This document shows, one piece after another, positions 15,386 to 19,629 of a DNA stretch of 19,629 nucleotides. This stretch comes from Candidatus Hadarchaeota archaeon. Its GTDB lineage: Archaea; Hadarchaeota; Hadarchaeia; Hadarchaeales; Hadarchaeaceae. The translations under genes and the position numbers were made by a program. The stretch spans positions 1 through 19,629 of the forward strand of contig JBFMBF010000023.1 of NCBI GenBank assembly GCA_040755315.1, in the 5' to 3' direction. Positions within the stretch are counted from its first letter, which is position 1. Every line of letters begins with the position of its first letter. The notes under the pieces were generated by a model, which made no database searches, was not told the origin of the DNA, and saw only the letters and a program-made list of their open reading frames with translations.

Positions 15386-16824
15386 CGGAGCACAAGACCT
15401 GTCCTGCCTGCGGGAAACCAACTGGAGGGTATGTCCCTTGCCCGCACTGTGGCGCCGACCCGCGCTTCCGGGTCACGCTGAAGTTTGCGATGTGGCTCTG
15501 CCTTGCGGCGCTTGCGCTTGCGGCGGTCTTCTTTTACATGCACATTGCCACTTCTGAAATATCCCCGACGCCGATATCGAGCATCGACACCTGGATGGAC
15601 TACTCTTACGTGGTGGTCCAGGGAGTTGTCAGTTCCGGGCCGCAGTACGACGACACTTCGATGACATTTACCGTCTACGACGGTAGCGCCTTGGAAGAAA
15701 AAGACGCCACGATAACCGTGGAGGTCTACGACCCGGCATTCCACAATCTTATTGCGGAGAACAGGGTGCCCGCCGTGGGAGACAACATCCGGATATTTGG
15801 GCAGCTCCGTGCGCCCGCCTCCGGTGAAAAGGAGATAAACCCGTCAAATGCAAGTGAGATAACACTCACAAAGGCTCAAGCATCCGCTGCCACAATTTCC
15901 CAGATACTAAACACATTGGGGACCAGCCAGTCGTTGCTTTACAAGAGGCTGACTGTGGCGGGCAGCATAAGAGGCCTCAGGCCTCTGAGCTCCGCGAAGA
16001 TATACACGCTGGAGGACAACGGCAAAGAGGTTGAAGTTTACATCCACAATGGTCTGGGCACTTACATTGAAAAAAGACAGCTTGACTTGAAAGTTCTGGA
16101 CATGGTGAGTATCACGGCGGGACTTTCGCACTACAGCGGGACCCCGCAGTTTTCCATCGCAGACTTCGATGAAATTCAGGTGACCGGCTCCGAGAACCTG
16201 AGCAGAACTGCGCTGGAGAACATTGACAACAGCCTTGTCGACGAATACGTGAAGACCGGCGGGAAAGTGGTTTTCGTTGAACTGGTCGGCACAGGCTCCG
16301 ACCTTGAAATTGCTGAAAGGATCATTTGGCTTGAAAACAGCGCGACTAGAATCTCCGTGAACGAGGACCTTTTCCAAACTTTACCAACGGAAACTAGGAA
16401 CCTGGTCTCAAGGGGAGCGGAGCTTGAGCTGGTGGGCAAGGTGAAGAGGTATGGGTCGGGGCTCAGGATAGAGTGGGTCGGGCCGCAGACGCCGACCGTC
16501 ACTCAGGGCCAATTTGAACCTGCGCCAGTAGACAACTTTGCGAATGTAGCCTCTGTAGCTGCCGACAACCTGGTGACGGTGGCTGGGGCCGTCCAAAGCA
16601 CCAGTTCGATAATAAAGGGCTACCTGCCGGACGACGTGTTCTTAAACATCGGCGACAACTTCGGAAACACCGCGAAAGTGTACCTCCCGAACTTCATGTA
16701 CGAGAGGATGCTCAGCCCGCCAGGCGTCGGCGAAAATGTGAAGGTGGTCGGGAAAGTGATGACCATCTCGGGCTCTGTGGCGATCCAGCCCGGAGTGCTG
16801 GAGGATGTCCAGAAGGTGAGCTGA
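15382..16824 (+). CDS. Zn-ribbon / single TM / about four OB-fold-like domains membrane protein
   Basis: CPAC-x9-CPHC, TM FAMWLCLAALALAAVFFYM, and repeated units ending PAVGDNIRIFGQL, LDMVSITAGLSHYSGTPQF, GAELELVGKVKRY and GVGENVKVVGKV. ATGA overlap with the upstream gene. Confidence 0.8.
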   Translation: MTEHKTCPACGKPTGGYVPCPHCGADPRFRVTLKFAMWLCLAALALAAVFFYMHIATSEISPTPISSIDTWMDYSYVVVQGVVSSGPQYDDTSMTFTVYDGSALEEKDATITVEVYDPAFHNLIAENRVPAVGDNIRIFGQLRAPASGEKEINPSNASEITLTKAQASAATISQILNTLGTSQSLLYKRLTVAGSIRGLRPLSSAKIYTLEDNGKEVEVYIHNGLGTYIEKRQLDLKVLDMVSITAGLSHYSGTPQFSIADFDEIQVTGSENLSRTALENIDNSLVDEYVKTGGKVVFVELVGTGSDLEIAERIIWLENSATRISVNEDLFQTLPTETRNLVSRGAELELVGKVKRYGSGLRIEWVGPQTPTVTQGQFEPAPVDNFANVASVAADNLVTVAGAVQSTSSIIKGYLPDDVFLNIGDNFGNTAKVYLPNFMYERMLSPPGVGENVKVVGKVMTISGSVAIQPGVLEDVQKVS

Positions 16825-16825
16825 G

Positions 16826-18142
16826 ATGAATACGCTGATTTATCCAATTTACGGCCTGATAGGCGTCCTCGTCGGGACCATGCTTTCGATCCTCCCCGGC
16901 CTCCATGTGCTCAACTTTGCCGGGATAGGAATTTTCATTCACCTGGCCTTCCCGATGGACCCGCTCGGGCTTGCTCTGGTGTTCGCTGGGATGCTCGTCG
17001 CATATTCAATAGTAGGCACGATAACCTCGACCTTCATGGGGGCGCCCGACGACAGCACTGTCTACATGACTTTCCCAAACCAGAAGTACCTCATGTACGG
17101 CAGGGGCTACGAGGCTTCTGTCATCTCCGGGCTGGGTTCACTGGGGGCAGCTTTCATGCTTCTTGCGATTGCCCCACTCGCCAGCACGATTTTCCCGATT
17201 TTCCGCAAGATCACGACCCCCCACATGACTTGGGTGCTGATTGGCGTAGCTGTCTACCTGCTGCAGTCAGAATGGCCGAAGGACTGGGGGAGCAGGGCGA
17301 GGACAAGGCTTGGAAGACTGAAAGACGGTTGGGCCAGCCTGAGCGCCGGCTGGCTGGTGTTCTTCCTCTCCATGATGCTGGGGTTCATAATCCTCAACAC
17401 CCCGATAGTCGCGCCGGACAAGGCATTCCAAAATATCATGCCGGTGTTCGTCGGATTCTTCGCCGTTCCATGGGTTCTCACAAACTTGATTTCAAAGGCC
17501 AGCATCCCCCCTCAGACGGTCAAAAATGAATTCTACGTGAAAAAGATGGATCTGGTGAGGGGAACTTCCGCTGGATTCCTGGGAGGGATGTTCGCGGCTT
17601 ACGAGCCGATCATAACGGCTGGCACGGGCGGCGTCCTGGCCGGGCACGCCACCAGCACGCAGGGGGACATCCAGTTCATGGTCTCCGGGAGCGCGGGGAG
17701 ATTCGCTTATTATGTGGGATCGTTTTTCCTGCTGTGGGTGCCCTTGCTTCACCTGACCAGGAAGGGGATGGCGCTGGTCACCGGACTGGTCTTCCAGCCC
17801 AGGAGCGACTCGGAGTTCTGGCTTTTCATGGCAACGCTGGCAATCACGATAGTCGTCTCATTCCTAATCCTGCTCTTCGTTTCCCGGTACCTTGCAAAGC
17901 TTGTCTCCGGCTACAGCTTCACAAAAGTTTCGATTGTCGTGCTGGTAATCATCCTGGGGATGGTGTTCCTGTTCTCCGGCCTTGAGGGGCTCGTGATAAT
18001 GTCCATATGCACCGGGCTGGGTTTGACGGCGCCGATGTTCAGAACCAGGAGGCTGAACATGCTTATGGGATTCTTCTTCCCGATTTTCCTTAACATGGCC
18101 GGGATGAGGGCCGATGTACTGAAGGTCTTGGGGGTGTGGTGA
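16826..18142 (+). CDS. Tripartite tricarboxylate transporter TctA-family permease (archaeal type)
   Basis: Polytopic membrane protein with GTMLSILPGLH, STFMGAPDDST...P...GRGYEA and PVFVGFFAVP motifs typical of TctA. Confidence 0.85.
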   Translation: MNTLIYPIYGLIGVLVGTMLSILPGLHVLNFAGIGIFIHLAFPMDPLGLALVFAGMLVAYSIVGTITSTFMGAPDDSTVYMTFPNQKYLMYGRGYEASVISGLGSLGAAFMLLAIAPLASTIFPIFRKITTPHMTWVLIGVAVYLLQSEWPKDWGSRARTRLGRLKDGWASLSAGWLVFFLSMMLGFIILNTPIVAPDKAFQNIMPVFVGFFAVPWVLTNLISKASIPPQTVKNEFYVKKMDLVRGTSAGFLGGMFAAYEPIITAGTGGVLAGHATSTQGDIQFMVSGSAGRFAYYVGSFFLLWVPLLHLTRKGMALVTGLVFQPRSDSEFWLFMATLAITIVVSFLILLFVSRYLAKLVSGYSFTKVSIVVLVIILGMVFLFSGLEGLVIMSICTGLGLTAPMFRTRRLNMLMGFFFPIFLNMAGMRADVLKVLGVW

Positions 18143-19323
18143 TGAGAGGATTGACTCACTTTGTGATGGGGATAACGGTCGCGACATTCTTCAGGAGCCT
18201 GATGACTGGTGCCGTCATGCAGGACTCGCTACTGATACTGCTGGGGGGAATCTTCGGGCTTTTGCCGGACACTCTCGACTTCAAGTTCCTGGTCTACTGG
18301 GAAAAACAGGACGCCGTCATAGACCCGGAGCCGCAGGACATGAAGCCGCAGGAGATCGCGGCCAAGTTTGCCGAGGAGATAAACAAGGCCAACGAGCTGA
18401 AGCCGGGCGGGATGAGGCGCATACAGGCCCATACTGTAAAGCTGGGCCCTGACCTCTGGCAGTCGTACAGCATCAATTTCAACAAGGCCCAGCAACAGGT
18501 CGAGGTGAAAATCGGCCCCCATGTGACGATGTCAGGGATTCCTGCGTTCGGCACTGAGCCACCGGCGGACAGGGCCCTTGGAGTAGCAAAGTTCAATCCA
18601 AAGCTGATAGACACTTATGGCCGGCCGACCGAGGTGAAAGGGTTCAGCGGCCCGTCGTTCGGGTTCCTCAAGAGGAAGGACGGGGCGGTGGAGGTGGTTT
18701 TCATCCCGTTCCACAGGCGCTCCGGCCACAGCATGACGATGGGGGTAGTCCTCGCGCTACTCGGGTGGATCTTGACCGGAGTCTGGCAGGTCGGGGCGGC
18801 GATATTCATGGGGTGGACCATGCACATAGTGCTGGACTCCTTCGGGCACCTCGGCAACAACCTGTTCTGGCCCGTGACAAAGCAGAGGACAAGCGGGCTT
18901 TACCTGGTGAGCGCTTCCAACCCATACTGGAACGCGTTCACAATCTACTCGTGCATACTCATCATGCTCTGGAACATGAACCTGTACAACGCGTCGGTCA
19001 GCGCAAGCTACACGATCCCGGCCATAACTTCACTTGGCCTGGGCGCCTACCTGCTGCTGGGCATCTTTGCGCCATGGTCGATCATCGGGGTGGTTTACTA
19101 TTACCACATGCAGAAGACGAAGGGGTTCAAGCCGTTCGAGCTGTTCGCGCCGTCCACCGGCGGAGTAGGTCTGGTCGCGACGGAGGGGACGACCGTCCAG
19201 GAGCCCGAACATTACTACGAGGTCTCTGAAAAGCCGAGGCCGTCCATAATCTGGCGGGCGCTGGGCATCGGCATCCTCATCGCGATATTTGTGGTGCTTT
19301 TCGCCTACGGGCCCACCTGGTGA
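18142..19323 (+). CDS. Membrane-bound metal-dependent hydrolase (YdjM/DUF457-like) with large soluble insertion
   Basis: GLTH, LLPDTLD, HRRSGHS, MHIVLDSF and LFWP metal-ligand motifs. ATG18142 overlaps the tctA stop (TGATG). Confidence 0.85.
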   Translation: MRGLTHFVMGITVATFFRSLMTGAVMQDSLLILLGGIFGLLPDTLDFKFLVYWEKQDAVIDPEPQDMKPQEIAAKFAEEINKANELKPGGMRRIQAHTVKLGPDLWQSYSINFNKAQQQVEVKIGPHVTMSGIPAFGTEPPADRALGVAKFNPKLIDTYGRPTEVKGFSGPSFGFLKRKDGAVEVVFIPFHRRSGHSMTMGVVLALLGWILTGVWQVGAAIFMGWTMHIVLDSFGHLGNNLFWPVTKQRTSGLYLVSASNPYWNAFTIYSCILIMLWNMNLYNASVSASYTIPAITSLGLGAYLLLGIFAPWSIIGVVYYYHMQKTKGFKPFELFAPSTGGVGLVATEGTTVQEPEHYYEVSEKPRPSIIWRALGIGILIAIFVVLFAYGPTW

Positions 19324-19325
19324 AG

Positions 19326-19332
19326 TTTTTAA
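19326..19332 (+). promoter_or_regulatory. TATA box for tRNA-Trp
   Basis: TTTTTAA preceded by purine-rich GAAG, about 25-30 nt upstream of the mature tRNA 5' end. Confidence 0.55.
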
Positions 19333-19382
19333 CCTCTTGGACGGAATTTTGTCGGTGGGGTCGTGGTGTAGCTTGGTAGCAC

Positions 19383-19404
19383 ACCGGCACCATGTCGGGC
19401 TAAA
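19383..19404 (+). other. Non-canonical 22-nt tRNA intron at position 25/26
   Basis: BHB-like motif: central helix TAGC/GCTA, 3-nt bulges AC|A and AA|A, inner hairpin CCGGCA-CCA-TGTCGG. Removal restores the D-stem/anticodon-stem junction exactly. Confidence 0.88.
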
Positions 19405-19416
19405 AGCAGGCTCCAG

Positions 19417-19474
19417 TGGCCGTTTGTGGGTCTGCTGACGGAAGGATGATGACCCATTGGAGCGGTGCGAAGAG
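19417..19474 (+). ncRNA. Canonical 37/38 tRNA-Trp intron (58 nt) encoding a C/D-box-type 2'-O-methylation guide
   Basis: CTGA (19435-19438) and ATGATGA (19446-19452) boxes. Guide GTTTGTGGGTCTG is complementary to tRNA positions 35-47, and the +5 rule points to C39. CCATTGGAGC is complementary to the anticodon-loop/intron junction. Confidence 0.8.
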
Positions 19475-19564
19475 ACCTGCAAATCCGAGTTCAAATCTCG
19501 GCGACCCCACCACCATTGCTAAACTTCAAGTCCAGGAATTGAGAGCCAAAAATTCTCGAGCACC

Positions 19565-19570
19565 TTTTTT
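19565..19570 (+). terminator. Possible oligo-T terminator after tRNA-Trp
   Basis: T6 run about 50 nt downstream of the tRNA. Archaeal terminators are often oligo-T tracts. Confidence 0.3.
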
Positions 19571-19629
19571 AGCACTTCCTTTATTGCCCAACTTCCGATT
19601 GCAAAAAACCGTTCAATCTGCCCACGAAT

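Larger units (their letters stand above)
19357..19512 (+). tRNA. tRNA-Trp(CCA) with two introns; exons 19357-19382, 19405-19416, 19475-19512
   Basis: Spliced sequence GGGGTCG TG GTGT AGCTTGGTA GCAC A GCAGG CTCCAGA CCTGC AAAT CCGAG TTCAAAT CTCGG CGACCCC ACCA forms a complete cloverleaf. Anticodon CCA at 19413-19415; CCA end is encoded. Confidence 0.93.

Noticed and set aside
19411..19474. C34.A mismatch in the central BHB helix (CTCC vs GAAG) that would be perfect for a UCA anticodon, hinting at C-to-U editing or UGA recoding
   Set aside because: The genomic anticodon is CCA, TGA is plainly used as a stop in this window (ATGA and TGATG overlaps), there is no long variable arm for tRNA-Sec, and imperfect BHB helices can be tolerated.
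1..19629. CRISPR array, IS element, integrase or att site next to the tRNA
   Set aside because: No regularly spaced repeats, transposase or integrase ORF, or duplicated tRNA 3' end was seen by eye; sequence beyond the window cannot be assessed.

Overview
Gene-dense archaeal chromosomal segment (TFB, TATA boxes, BHB-type tRNA introns, GGR and LipS1/LipS2 point to an archaeon, probably an uncultured anaerobic euryarchaeote-like lineage; finer taxonomy cannot be read from the sequence). From left to right: an AT-richer stretch of hypothetical genes; an iscS-iscU-Cys-rich ORF operon in which iscU carries a 358-aa LAGLIDADG intein inserted at an Fe-S ligand Cys and iscS has altered PLP-binding residues; a divergent lipoate operon (Lpl-C, Lpl-N, LipS1, LipS2); AMMECR1 and Mut7-C genes; a small Zn-knuckle/winged-helix protein; an uncalled 46-aa charged sORF; two paralogous surface proteins; divergent MinD, GGR and TFB homologues; a coupled four-gene membrane operon (two Zn-ribbon/TM/multi-OB-fold proteins, a TctA-family permease, a membrane metal-dependent hydrolase), which is the best candidate for an uncharacterised nucleic-acid or nucleotide uptake system; and a tRNA-Trp(CCA) with two introns, one non-canonical (25/26) and one carrying a C/D-box guide. 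All family assignments come from motif recognition by eye; no searches were run.
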